A stretch of DNA of 64,000 nucleotides, taken from Camelus ferus (lineage: Eukaryota). The stretch lies in contig NC_045701.1 in assembly GCF_009834535.1 (NCBI RefSeq), positions 93,186,001-93,250,000 of the forward strand. Reading direction: 5' to 3'. The notes under the pieces are model-generated. The model did no database searches. It was not told the origin of the DNA and saw nothing but the letters and a program-made list of their open reading frames with translations. How positions within the stretch are numbered: position 1 is the stretch's first letter; the number at the start of each line of letters is the position of its first letter. The translations under genes were made by a program, and so were the position numbers. Positions 1 through 11,305 of this stretch are shown in pieces.

Positions 1-1442
1 TGTTCTATAGGGTGAAAAGACACCAGCGTAGAGGAGAAATAGTTCTCCCCTGCCGCCAGCTTCCTCACTCTCCTGTGGCTCAGGGACAGGAGGCTCTGTC
101 CTCTGTGGGGCGGGTTAGGGCAGACAGCCCCCTTGGCCGGAGCGCCAGAGTTGTGAGAGTCTGCGTAATGATAATCAGGGGCTCTCTCTGCTTGGGCCCA
201 GTGACACGGCCCCTGTGCAGATGGAGCATGTTTTCTTCCAAGCACTTTGGAGAGCTGCCAGTTTCCTTAGAAGTTCGCTGTCCACCTACCCTCCCACCAA
301 GCCATTTTACTCCGAGGCACCGACCCACAACAAATGAGCACAGAAGTCCAGGAAAAGCCTTATGCAAGGCTGCTCAGAGCAGGTGCCTTCACCACAGCAG
401 TGTCCAGTGGCAGGTAAAGAAACTGTGGTCCATCCTCACATGGAATACGTTCAGTAACAGAATGAACGGACCGCTGAGGGGTGCCAGGCGATGGACGGTC
501 TCAGAGTTGGCGTGTGGAGAGGCACAGATGCCGAGGTGCACGTGCAGGATGAGCTGAGCACATGAGGCTCCAGGACAGCAAGGAGGGACACAGGGATGTA
601 AAGCAGAGCAAGTGATGGTCCGTCTGCGAGGGGGGGGGTGCGGTGAAGGGGGGCCCCCCCGCGCAGCTGGGACACAGCGGCAGCGGGTAGGACTTACACT
701 TCGCCGACGACCGTCTGGGCATTCCTCTGGGCTAAATACTCACACCTTCACTCTAAGTAAATTCTACCCCAAGCTAAAAGTTACAAGAAGCAATACAACC
801 ACATTCCACAACGGTGGAACAGCTGAGACCATGATTAACCAAAGGTTCACAGCCCTGAGGCAGCTGTGATGGAACACCTTGATGAAGACGTTTCCTGCCA
901 GCGTCTCCTTAAGCATTTGCCGGAAGGGAAGTTTGCTGAGCTTCTCGCTGGAAAACAAAGTGTGTTCCTTCCTCACCCAATGTATATTCACTTCTAGAAT
1001 GTCCATCTTTCTAAGGTCAAATGATGTTATAACGCAGAAGCTTTCCATGAGTTTGGTGCCTGCCAGCCAGTTTTCCTGGGGATCCCCCCCAGCCCCAGGC
1101 AGGGCAGGTCTCCTTACTTTGCTTCCATAGCCCCCTAAACGTCCCCTTTTGTGACATTTGTCTCACCAGAGGGCGAGGACCCTGTTGGCTCTGCTCAACA
1201 CCATCCCTACGGGCCTAGTGCAGAGCTTTGCACCTACTAAGGCTCAACTGTGTCCCCTTAAAATCGGTATGTTGAAGTCTCAACTCCCAGTACCTCCGAA
1301 CGTGACTGTATTTGGAGGTAGGGTCTTTAAGGAGGTAATTAACTTTTCCCCAAGGTTTAGTGAGATATAACTGACATAAACATATTGAGAGAGAGTTTAC
1401 ATACAACATAATTGACATAAGATGTACACTTTCATTGTAACT

Positions 1443-1874
1443 TGTTGGCCTGAAACAGTAAAACAGACCAGCAAAACGGATTTATTTGGGAATAGCAAAG
1501 AATTGTAATTTGAGACATGCCATCTAGGGTGAACCACAGCAAGCCTGGAGAACAAAGAGGAAACTCCTTTATAGAGAGAAGGGGGGTGGTTGGGAGGGGC
1601 TGTTATAAGCCGAGTCTGTTGGTGGAAACTGGGAGTTAGATGTGGTCTTTCATTGGCGGAGTTGTGGCCGTCTCTCATTGGCTGGGCTGTTGCCAGGCGG
1701 AGAGAAATCCCTCCTCCCGCTGGGCAGTGAAGCAACAACCTTCTCTCCGAGATGCAAGGTGCTCTCTTCCTGCTGGGTCTGCAGTTAACTTAGAGGGGTG
1801 GGGCCTGATTGCTCCCTCTCCTGGTCTCTTGGCTCCATTTTAAAGGAGGTTTCTGTTTCTTAATGTTTGCAACA
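1443..1874 (-). mobile_element. Solo ERV1-type LTR
   Basis: TGTTG...CAACA termini; on - strand CCAAT boxes, CTATAAA TATA and AATAAA; same family as 56584-57041. Confidence 0.7.
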
Positions 1875-2259
1875 CTCTGGTGTACAATGTGATGATTTCA
1901 AACACACATACATTGCAAAAATGTTTAGCGCAGTCAGGTTAGATAATCTTTGTCTCATATAATCACTATTTTGTTATGGTGAGAGCATTTAAGATCCACT
2001 CTTAGCAACTTTCAAGTACACAATACAGGGTTAACTATGGTCACCTATAATGCTGTGCTATAATTAGCTCCCCAGAAGGTATCCACCTTCGCACTGGAAG
2101 TTTGTACCCTTTACCAACATCTCCTCATTTCCCCCACCCCCAACCTCTGATAATCACCATCTCTTCTGCTTCTGTGAGTCTGATGACTTTTTTTTTTGTA
2201 AGTACTAATCTTTTTCTTTGCAAAGTCAATTTTTATGTTTATTTTTTATTAGTTTTTTT

Positions 2260-2385
2260 GTTTGACTTCTTTGGTGATAATTAGGTTTATTTATTTATTT
2301 ATTTTAATATAGGCACTGGGGATTGAACCCAGGACCCTGGACATGCTAGGCATGCACTCTACCACTGGGCTATACCCCCCCCCCC
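2260..2385 (-). mobile_element. tRNA-derived SINE (camelid Vic-type)
   Basis: Reverse complement of GTATAGCCCAGTGGTAGAGTGCATGC..GTCCTGGGTTCAATCCCCAGT plus (TTTA)n tail. Confidence 0.85.
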
Positions 2386-3410
2386 TTATTTTTAAACACC
2401 TTTATTGTGGTTTGATTCCTGTACAGTAAACCACGTATTTCAGACGTACAATTTGATGAATTTTGACAGATGTATACATGAGTCTGATGATTTTAGATTG
2501 CACATGTAAGTGAGATCATACAGTACTGTATTTGTCTTTCTTTGACTTATTTCACTTAGCATGTCTTCCAGGGTGTCACTGCAATTGGCGGGATGTCCTT
2601 TTTTATGGCTGATTGATATCCTATTATGTATTCCATGATATATGTATTCCAAATACATTTTCTTTACCCATTCATCCAGAGATGAACACTTAGGTTATTG
2701 TAAACAACGCTGCAGTGAACATTGGGGTGCAGATAGCTCTCCAAGACAATGATTTCCTCTGCACACCCAGAAGCGGGATTGCTAGATCAGATGGTAGTTT
2801 TATTTTCAACTGTTTGATGAACAGGGAGGTAGTTAAGTTTTAAAGAGGTCAAATGGGTTTGCCTTAATCCAGTCTGATTGGTGTCCTTACCAGAGGAGGA
2901 TGTGAGGACAGACTCGCACAGGAACGACCGCGGGAGGACCTGGGGAGGAGGGTGTCTGCAAGCCTAGAGGGGTCCTCTGGAGAAACCAGCCCTGCGGACG
3001 CCTCGATCTTGGACTCCCGGCCTCCAGAGCTGCAGCAGAGTAAGTGTCTGCTGTCTGGGCCCCCAGCCTAAGCGCAGTTATGGCAACTCTACAAAACTAA
3101 CCAACACTTAATGGGCCCTCAACAGACATTTCTTAAATTAAAATTAGATTGAAACAGAAGAGCGGACAAGGGTCTCTTTTAATCATGATGTTTAATTCAC
3201 TATTTACTGTGTCTTAAAAAGCCCATGGCAGTTTCAAATCTGAACGCAAAGAAATCTTTTAAAACCTCCAACCAAGACCTGTAAGACGAAAACCAGCAGC
3301 CCCGAGAGCTTCATCTATTCCCAGGATAAGCACAAGTGGCCGCAGAGCCCTAACAGAAGGCCTCGTGCTGGACCGCGCGGGCCTGGCCTCCGGGCCCGGA
3401 CCCCACGCAG

Positions 3411-3437
3411 GCGGCGGCGGCGGCGGCGGCGGCGGCG
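3411..3437 (+). repeat. (GCG)9 trinucleotide repeat upstream of SIVA1
   Basis: Direct read. Confidence 0.9.
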
Positions 3438-4105
3438 GGCAGGGGCCGAGGAGCGGCCAAGGAGGTGCCGGCGCGCCGTGGCGCCCGGGCCCGGCCTTGG
3501 GTCAGGCCCGCCCCGATGACGCAATGGGCCCGGGACTTGTGCCCACGCTCACACGTCACTCCCCGCTTCCTGCGGGCGGGCAACTCCTCCAAGTTAAGAA
3601 TCACACAAGAGCGAGCCATCCTCCAACCGGGAACGTAACCACCCTCAGGAGCTGTTTGGGGCGCTGAGTCGCCGGCCCCTTCCTTGCCGCCACGCCAAGC
3701 CCCGCCCCCAACTCGCCCCCGCCTATCAGACGCCGCGCCTCACACGAGTCCCGCCCCCGACGTCGCCCCCGGCCTATACCGCGGCGCCTGCGCCCCGCCC
3801 CGCCCACCCTCTTCCTCCGCCCCGCCCTCTTCCTCCGCCCCCGGCGCTCCCGCTCCGACCCTTGACCTCTCCTGGACTTTCCCGCGCTGCCGAGTCCCGC
3901 CTCCCGGCTCGCGAGCCCCGCCCCGCCCTCGGCCTATCCCGTGTCTCCCCGGGCACGAGCCCCGCCCTTCCCTCGCCCTCGGCCTATCCCGCGCCGCGCC
4001 GCGCACGAGCCCCGCCTCCGCCCCGCGCGGGGCTAGACGCGCGGCCCTGACGTCACGCGCGACCGAGGCGCGGCGAGGGAGCTGCGCCGCTCTGGGCCAG
4101 CGGCC

Positions 4106-4223
4106 ATGCCCAAGCGGGGCTGCCCGTTCGCGGACGCGGCCCCGCTGCAGCTCAAGGTGCGTGTGGGTCCGCGGGAGCTGAGTCGCGGCGTGTGCGCCGA
4201 GCGCCTCTCGCGGGAGATCTTCG
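4106..4223 (+). CDS. SIVA1: SIVA1 coding exon 1 (118 nt)
   Basis: gccATGc start at 4106; donor GTGAGT at 4224. Confidence 0.95.
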
Positions 4224-7200
4224 GTGAGTGCGAGGTTGGGCTTCCTCGCTGCGAAGCGGGGCCTGGGCGGGCGGTCTCCGCAAGCCGCGCCCCCGGCGCC
4301 GTCCGGCCGGTTTGGGAGCGGTGAGTAGGGCGTCGGGAGTGCCCCCACCTCCCCTGCGGGGATGTTTGACGAGCTCTAAGAGCCTCCGGGCCCAGTGAGA
4401 GGCCAGGGGGTGGGATGTCCCGGGCGGGATAAGCCGCGGAAGTGCCCGTTGTCACCCGAGAGGCGTTTGTGGAGCGCGCCTTCCCTGCGTGGCCCTGCTG
4501 CTGCGCGGGAGACCCTGCCTCCGGTCCAGTGGGGGACCCGCAGGAGGAGGGGTCTCCAGAGGTCACCAGAGCAGGCACCGGTCGCCGCAGGACCACTTGC
4601 CAGTGCCAGGTCGCGGGGAGGAGCAGTCTAAGCCGAATCCTACAGCGTTAGGCAGGCAGAGAGGGAGCGGAAGGGAACTCCTGGTGGAGGCAGTAGCCTG
4701 TGTGAAAACCAGAAAGCCGGAGAGTGCAGTAGGACTCAGGGTGGCTGGATGCCAGGGCCTTCTCATCTGGCTTTGTCATGCAGATTCTAGGTGCACTGAT
4801 ATTACAGGTCGTCATTTTGAGGTGGTTAATACCCCTGAGTGGGGCTTACCTCACCTAGTGGTTGGGGCACAAGGTTTGTGCCCGTGCAGTGGTTAGACAG
4901 TGACTTGGGTGTTTGTAATGGAGTGTGCCGCCGTGCAGTGGGGACCTGGGGGAGAGCCCAGCCTGGGGAGACCCTGCTTCTCTTCGTCCTGCTGTTCCTG
5001 CACTCCCCACCCCCCGCCCCCAGCTCCCCCCATCAGCACTGCTCAGCCCTTTCTTTTCTCGGACACTCCGGTTGCAAATGCTGATGCTTTCCGAGACCAT
5101 GCAGGTGATAAAAATGAGTGAAGCCACTTCGTTGGTACATTTCATTGATACTATGGCAAAAGTGCACATGCTCTCCCCCACCAGGAGATTCAAAAAATGT
5201 AAACACTGTGCAGACAGAGAGAAGAATTAGTAACAAATGAAGATGGAGTCAGTCCAGCCCTTGGCCTTCTTCCTTGACCATGATGTCCTAGAGCACTTGC
5301 CAAGGCTCATCACTTGCAGGACCCCCTCAGGGGGTGGCTGCTGGGCATCTGGAAGGAGGGCCGATGGAATGAGGCCAGTGTGAACTCCTGTAACAAATTC
5401 TAAGCCAGAAGCCTGGCCTCTTTATCTTGAAAGAACTGCAAGCCCTTGAAGACAAGCGTTAACCTCACCACATGACCCCCCATTCCTGTCCTACCACGGG
5501 GGGTGGGGGAGGGGCTGGGGGAGGTGGGGCTGTCATCAGTTCCCTGGTACCTGTTGCTTCTGTCAATTGCACATAGCGCCAACAGCTCCTAACGTCACCA
5601 CCCTGGCTCTGTCGGGACAAGGCAGAAAACCGCAATTTCTGGGGCTGGCGCCCAGCATTGACCTTGTGGAAGCCCCAGTTCCCTGATGGAAAGGCACTGT
5701 TCTGGGTGCTGAGAAACCGCCTCAGCTCTGGGGTTGGGGTGTTCAGGGCCCACAGAGGTCTGGAAAGTTCTAGGGTACTTTGTCGGGTGCCAGTTGCTGC
5801 CATGTCTTTTGCCGGCTGCTCTGCGGTAGGTGAAGGGGTGCATGCTGGCCTGAGGCTTAGCTCCGAGTCTCTGGCTGTGAACTGGTGCACCACAGCGCGG
5901 GGGCTTTGCCTGCTGAACAAAGCCAGATTGTGGGTGCTGGGGCGGAGAGCGGCAGCAAGGAGGTGAGGCCACACGGATGGAAAATGAGCAGAGTGACAGG
6001 AGAGGGAGCTCAGGTGGGGCTGCAGGGTCCAGAACCTTCTTGGAGTGGGTAGCCACCGAGTCCCGGCAAGGAAGAGCAAGAGGGCAGAGGGAGTGGGACC
6101 CAGCTCGCTAGGGAGCAGCCGGTTGGGGTGACGGGATGACGGCTGAGAGGGGACTGAGCACAGCTGGCAGGATGAAGTGCAGGAGCTTCCACGTGGCGGA
6201 TCTGTAAACGGAGGAACCATCTGTCTTCCCCAGAGAAAACCACACAGCTCCTCTTCCGCGGGGCCCAGACCTACATGGACCACACATGGGAGGAGGTCTG
6301 TGCCATCGTCGACACGCCGGAGTCCCCAAAGCCTGGCCCCATGGAAGCCCCTCGCGCTGCACGTGGGCAGATGCTGATCGGACCCGACGGCCGGCTGACC
6401 AGGAGCCGAGCCCCGGCCTCTGAAGCCGGTGAGTGAGGCCGACAGCGTACCCTTCCCGGCTGTGTGCGGAGGAGGGGGGCGGCACGCAGGCTTCCCTTTA
6501 TTCTATGGATCTCTTCCTCCTTGACCAGGCAGGAGCTCTGCCCAGTCTGCCGAACCAGGCAGACGCCAGAAGAGCCAATGTTAGGAGGCTCTGCCCCTAC
6601 TGACACCCATGCCGGGAGGTGGTGACCGGCTTCTGACTGTTGGGTCAGAAAGAGCAGACCCCTCGGGGTGACCCCCTGTGTGTCCTGCCGGCTTTCCCCC
6701 TGCAGCTCCTCAAAAGGGCCCTGTCTGTGGGGAGTGCCTGTTTGGGTCCCTGTGCAGTGTGGCGTGCTTCTCGAACTGTCGCCCATGTCCTGGTTAAAAG
6801 CTCTCCCACTCTGGGTCTGGGCGGGGCCCAGGGTGCGGGGATCAGACTTTGAGGTGCAGATGTGAGGCACAGGGGACGAGGGCCTGGAGGGCTCTGGTGC
6901 GGACAGTCAGGGGAGCCTGGTCCTTCCAGGACCGGCATCTAGGTGGCGGGAGAAATGGGAGGAGCAGTCAGCGTGGAGTCGCGGAAACCACCTGGGGTCT
7001 CCTGTTGAAGCGGGCCTGGGTGCTGTGTGACTCACCCAGTGTCCGGAGGACCCAGTGAGGTGTGGGGAGGCAGTGGCCCCCAGCACTCAGGTCCCCTTTG
7101 GGCTGACAGGTGTTTCCTCCTCGCAGACCTGGCCGGGGCAGCCTGCTCGTCGTGCGTGCGAGCTGCAGACGGGAGGGCGGCATGCGGCCAGTGTGAGCGC

Positions 7201-9070
7201 GCCCTGTGCGGGCGCTGTGTGCGCTCCTGTTGTGGCTGTGGCGCCGTGGCCTGCGCCCTGTGCGCCCTCGTGGAGTAAGTGTGGGCCCCACAGGGGGGCG
7301 GGAGAGCAGGCCTGTCCAGCGTTGCCCGTGGCCACAGTGATGGCAGTAAATACTTGGCCCTGCTTGAGTTTCTTCTGAAGTCCTCGGGTTGTTTCTGGAG
7401 GAAACCCAGGCCTTGCAGATCGCCAGCTCTGTACTGGGCTGTGGTCTGTCCTGGGTGATTCCTGCTCTGGTCCGTTAAGCCCTCGGGTCAGGGAGTCTCA
7501 TGTGGTGCTTCTGTGTGCTGTGCTCCTTAGCAGAGGATATCTGACGGGGGAGGGCAGGAGACTCGAGCGGGTGCAGCCGCGGGCAGGGGGTCCCTTGTCC
7601 CTGCCCAGGAGCCCTTGGCCTGTCCCAGGGGCCACTCTTGGCTGTCGGTGGGACTGGGCCGTGCCCTGTAGGAAAGGGTCTGCAGACCTCAAACTGGCCT
7701 AGTCCCAACAGTCCTTAAGACCCGCTGTGGAAAGTTAACATCTGCCAGGAGTGCCTCACTGGCAGCGGGGGGCGTGGGACTCTGGTCTGGGGATTACTTT
7801 TCGGGCTACTTACAGACGTGGAATCCTTTCTTTTGTCTTTGCCAGCTTAATTCTTCTTCTTCTCCTGTTTATATGTAAACTGAAAAACGCAGGGCCCTTC
7901 CAGCGGCCAGTGCCTTTTCCCTGGAGGGCCACTGACCACACAGAAGGGCAGGCCATGGGGAGAGGTGGGCGCCCGGCAGGTCCTGGGTAGCGGGGAGCTG
8001 CCCAGATCCCTCAGCCCGACCCACTGCCGTCCGCGGGGAGTCCCTAGCTGGTCTCTTCCCGCCTCTGCTTTCTATGTCCTCATCCCCAGACGCCCTCAGA
8101 GCTCACGCGGAGGTGCCTAGGCAGCCTGCTCTCACCGCGCACGCATTTCTCTGGGCCACGGCCAGGGCAGGGGCTCTGCCCCTTTGATAAACAGATGGCT
8201 TGCCTTGGTCACAAGGCTGCAGTGGCACCCCCTTCCCCCCGAAGCCAGGCCTCGGCCTGCTGCACCCACAGCCCCTGCCCGCCCCCTGCCGCCTCAGCCC
8301 ACACCCAGTCATCCTTCTGGCTCTCAGTATGGCCACGGGCAGGCGGTGCTGGTGGGAGCCGGCCCGGGCTTCTGGTCCACACACCAGGGGGCACGCGGCT
8401 CCAACTCCATGCTGATGTGTGTCAGACAGGCAGCATGTTGCCAGTTTCCTGTCCCTTCAGGGTCTCTCCTGGTGAATCAGTTTCCCCGTGATTCACTGAA
8501 TTGCCTCGTCCTCACCCTGTTTGATGTGCTTCCCATGGGAACCATCAGGGGCCAGTAAACCCTCACCGACCACTTGGAAGGTTTCTGTGGGGGCTTCGGG
8601 CCCACTTGAGACCTGGGCTGAGCCACAGGTGGGCTCCTCTGCTGTGTCCGTTGGCGGGGGCGGCCTGAATACAGACACACATCCCACACGGAGCCTGGCT
8701 GTCAAGGAGCGGGGCTGACACCCCCAGGGGCTGAAGGAGGTGGTGCTCTGGGCCCAGGGCGCTAGCACACTTGGCCTTCTCTCGAGGTCCTTGGGCCGCC
8801 TTCCCTCCACGTGTGTGTCTTTATCTAAGGACACCATCCATGTGGGATTGGGATCCCCACTGCCCGGGACCTCATCCTGATTGCATCTGCAGTGAACGGC
8901 CTGTCTCCTGATACAGCCAAGGGCCTGGGGGCAGCACCTCACCCTGTAGCTCCAGGAGCACGACCCTGCCTAACGCCAGCTCCTCTCTCTCCCTGCCCCC
9001 GCCGTGTCGCAGCGGCAGTGACGTTCATGAGGAAGTGCTCTGTGCCAGCTGTGCCATGTTCGAGGCCTGA
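4106..9070 (+). CDS. SIVA1: SIVA1 apoptosis-inducing factor, 4 coding exons (4106-4223, 6234-6428, 7127-7274, 9013-9070), 519 nt = 172 aa + stop
   Basis: Spliced translation [20 protein letters not shown]...[19 protein letters not shown]...[26 protein letters not shown]...[11 protein letters not shown]; all introns GT-AG, phases consistent. Confidence 0.96.
6234..6428 (+). CDS. SIVA1: SIVA1 exon 2 (195 nt, frame-neutral; the exon skipped in Siva-2)
   Basis: ttccccAG acceptor; (E)[11 protein letters not shown]...[11 protein letters not shown]...EA; donor GTGAGT at 6429. Confidence 0.95.
7127..7274 (+). CDS. SIVA1: SIVA1 exon 3 (148 nt, Cys-rich zinc-binding region)
   Basis: cctcgcAG acceptor; [28 protein letters not shown]; donor GTAAGT at 7275. 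Confidence 0.95.
8680..8915 (-). mobile_element. Degenerate MLT1 fragment in SIVA1 intron 3
   Basis: ctttatctaaggacacca.ccat..ggatt..gacctcatc..gattgcatctgcag. Confidence 0.5.
9013..9070 (+). CDS. SIVA1: SIVA1 exon 4 coding part (58 nt)
   Basis: gtcgcAG acceptor; [18 protein letters not shown] then TGA 9068-9070. Confidence 0.92.
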
Positions 9071-9194
9071 GGGCGGGAGTGGACGCCAGCCCTGCCCGGA
9101 TGACCTGGTGGTGTCCACGCTGAGGAACTGTGGGGTGGGCGGGGGGGGGGTTCTATTTTGTATTTTGTATTTTGTGCTCCTGACAACAGAAGTG

Positions 9195-9200
9195 AATAAA
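9195..9200 (+). terminator. SIVA1: SIVA1 polyadenylation signal AATAAA
   Basis: AATAAA 125 nt after the stop, followed by a T-rich stretch. Confidence 0.8.
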
Positions 9201-10199
9201 CCCTTTATATTTGGACGAGGGGACTCACTTGTCAGCAGCCTCTAGGGCGTGTGGCCTGCCCGGCCCTGGAGGGAGCCCAAGGTGGCGGGGGGCAGGCCTG
9301 CGCGCCCGCTGTCACCTGGCAGCTCAGTCAGCGCCCTGAGCTCTGGGTAAGGAGCTGCCCCATCACCCTGTTTACAGGTGGGGAAACAAGCCCAGCGTGT
9401 GCGGGCCCAGGTTGTCTGACTCCAGTGCACCGTGGGGTGGGGCCGTGTCCCAGGCTGTCCCTGAAATGCCACCGTACACCGTTGTCTGGGTGGCTGAGGT
9501 GCTGGGTGACCTGCCCCCAGGAGTGCTGGCCGGCAGGGGTGATGGCCTGGCTCCCTTTGGGGCGGTCTGTGTGGCCTGAAGGGAGGGGAGTGGATGGGAG
9601 AGGTGGTGGGGTGGCCTGGAGGACAGCCGAGGGTGAAGGCAGAGTTGCAGGCTACAGGGCCTCCTCACCCGGTGCTGGGGCCCCAGTTCCCACACACCAG
9701 GGTCTCTGCAGGGCCCCAGCCTCCCTGAGGAACCGTGGATGAGTGGAGAGGTTCTTTGGGGCGGGGAGCAGGCGGGGCCAGCACGGCATCCCGGGGGCAG
9801 TGGGGTCTCTGGACTGTGTGGGAGGGCAGGTGACCTGGGTTCCTAGAGAAAGCTGGGTGGTGGGTGGAGCCGGGCGGGGGTGGGGTTTGCTGCTGCGGGC
9901 TGAGTGTGAAGCCACTGAGGCGGGGGCGGGGCTGAGGAGGCCACAGGGGAGCTGGGTCTTGGGAGGGTTGCAAGGGAGAACTTGAGGTCTTCCTGAACTG
10001 AGAACTTCCAGAGGCCACCCTGGCCCAGCTGGCGTGAGGGCCTGGCCGTCGGGCCATCTGTGCTCTGGACACGGGCAACAGCGCTCCATTAGCTGTCCTC
10101 ATCGTGGGGTCTCCTCCTGTCACCTGGCTTCCCGCGGGGGCCTGGCCCTCCTTCCAGCGTTCCCTGCAGACTGCAGCCCCAGTGAGCGCGTGACAAGGT

Positions 10200-10960
10200 C
10201 GATGCTCAGCGTCACCAGGGGACGCAGGTCAGCGTCACAGGGAGGGGCCGCCTCACACCCATCAGGGTGGCTACTTGCTAAAAACAACAGAAAACAAGTG
10301 GTGGCAAGGGTGTGGAGCCACTGGAACCGTGTGCGCTGCTGGTGGGGACGGGAAATGGTGCAGCCGCTGTGGAAAACGGCATGGCAGTTCCTCAGAAAGG
10401 TAAGCAGAGCTACCCCGTGACCCAGCAGCCCCACTCCCGGGAGAATACCCAGCAGGGATTCAGACACCTGTGTACTGTGTTCGCAGCAATATTATTCACA
10501 GTAGTAAAAATGCTCAAACAGACCAAGTGTCCACTGAGGGATGGATGGATAAGCAAAACGTCGTCCATCCACACAATGGATTATTACCCGGCCTTAAAAA
10601 AGGAAGGAAATCCTGCCACCTTCTCCAGCATGGCTGGGCCTTGTGTGCGTCATGCTGAGTGAGACAAGACAGTCGCAGGAGGACAAGTTCTGTGTCGTCC
10701 CGTTCATGTGAGGTCCCTGGAGCAGCCGGGTTCATAGAGGCCAGGGAGGGGGTGCCAGGGCTGGGGGAGGCAGGAGGAATTCGTGTTTAATGGGAACAGG
10801 TCCACTTTGTGAAGATGCAAAGGTCTGGGGACCGATGGTGGTGACGGTGGCACAACCACACAAATGTACTTAGTGCCGCTGAACTGGTCACTTAAAAGTG
10901 GTTGAAGGGGTAAATTTGACAGATTTTACCAGTTAAAATATTTTACAGGTTAAAAAGACA
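10200..10960 (+). mobile_element. L1MB-type 3' fragment (GC-shifted)
   Basis: cacacccatcagggtggcta..aaatggtgcagccgctgtggaaaac..gacccagca..ccactcc..caagtgtcca..gatggatggataa..tgaactg..acttaaaa.tggtt. Confidence 0.8.
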
Positions 10961-11202
10961 ATTGACTGTTCAAAGCAAAAATAATAATGTTCTTTGGGGG
11001 TTTTGAACTTGTGGAAACAAAAGTTACGACAGTGGCATCGAGACCAGAGATGGAGGTGTCGCTCGCTGCCCTAGGGGTTCACGTGGGAAGCGCTGTCGTT
11101 TCAGCTGCCGGTAGACTGACTAAAAGACCGGCACTGAAGCCCTAAAGCAGCCAGGCCGGAGCACAGTCATCCATTCAGCAGAGATTTATTCTAAGTTCTG
11201 CA

Positions 11203-11305
11203 CGGAGGGCAGGGTGCAGCTCCCTGGTAGGGCATGTGCTTAGCATGCATGAGGTCCTGGGCTCAATCCGCGGTACGTCAGTTTAAGAAAATACATAAAT
11301 AAAAC
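11203..11305 (+). mobile_element. tRNA-derived SINE (camelid Vic-type)
   Basis: gcagctc..tggtag..gcatgtgcttagcatgcatgaggtcctgggctcaatcc + A-rich tail. Confidence 0.8.

Larger units (their letters stand above)
1343..2824 (-). mobile_element. L1M(A)-type 3' fragment, itself interrupted by an LTR and a SINE
   Basis: gtacaatgtgatgattt, atttaagatc.actcttagcaactttcaa, gtttgtaccctt, cattcatcc..gatgaacacttaggtt; flanked by GGAGGTA(A/G)TTAA duplication. Confidence 0.7.
1240..3085 (+). mobile_element. MLT1 (MaLR) LTR split into two halves (1240-1342 and 2825-3085) by a nested L1
   Basis: tgtgtcccc..atgttgaagtc..gtgactgtatttgga..agggtctttaa 5' half; ccttaatcca..ctggtgtcctta..gatcttggact..cctccaga 3' half. 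Confidence 0.7.
3360..4620. promoter_or_regulatory. SIVA1 CpG-island promoter with GC boxes, E2F site TTTCCCGC (3878-3885) and CRE palindrome TGACGTCA (4048-4055)
   Basis: Dense CpG, motifs read directly, immediately upstream of the SIVA1 ATG. Confidence 0.8.

Noticed and set aside
1-1130. ADSS1 last exon, expected upstream of SIVA1 by synteny
   Set aside because: No ADSS-like peptide (e.g. WVGVGKSRESMIQLF) found; the segment looks like old L1 and unique DNA, so the gene presumably ends left of the window
4224-6233. p53 response element in SIVA1 intron 1 (reported in other species)
   Set aside because: Only isolated imperfect half-sites seen (e.g. GCACATGCTC near 5164, AGACAAGCGT near 5450); no convincing paired site by eye
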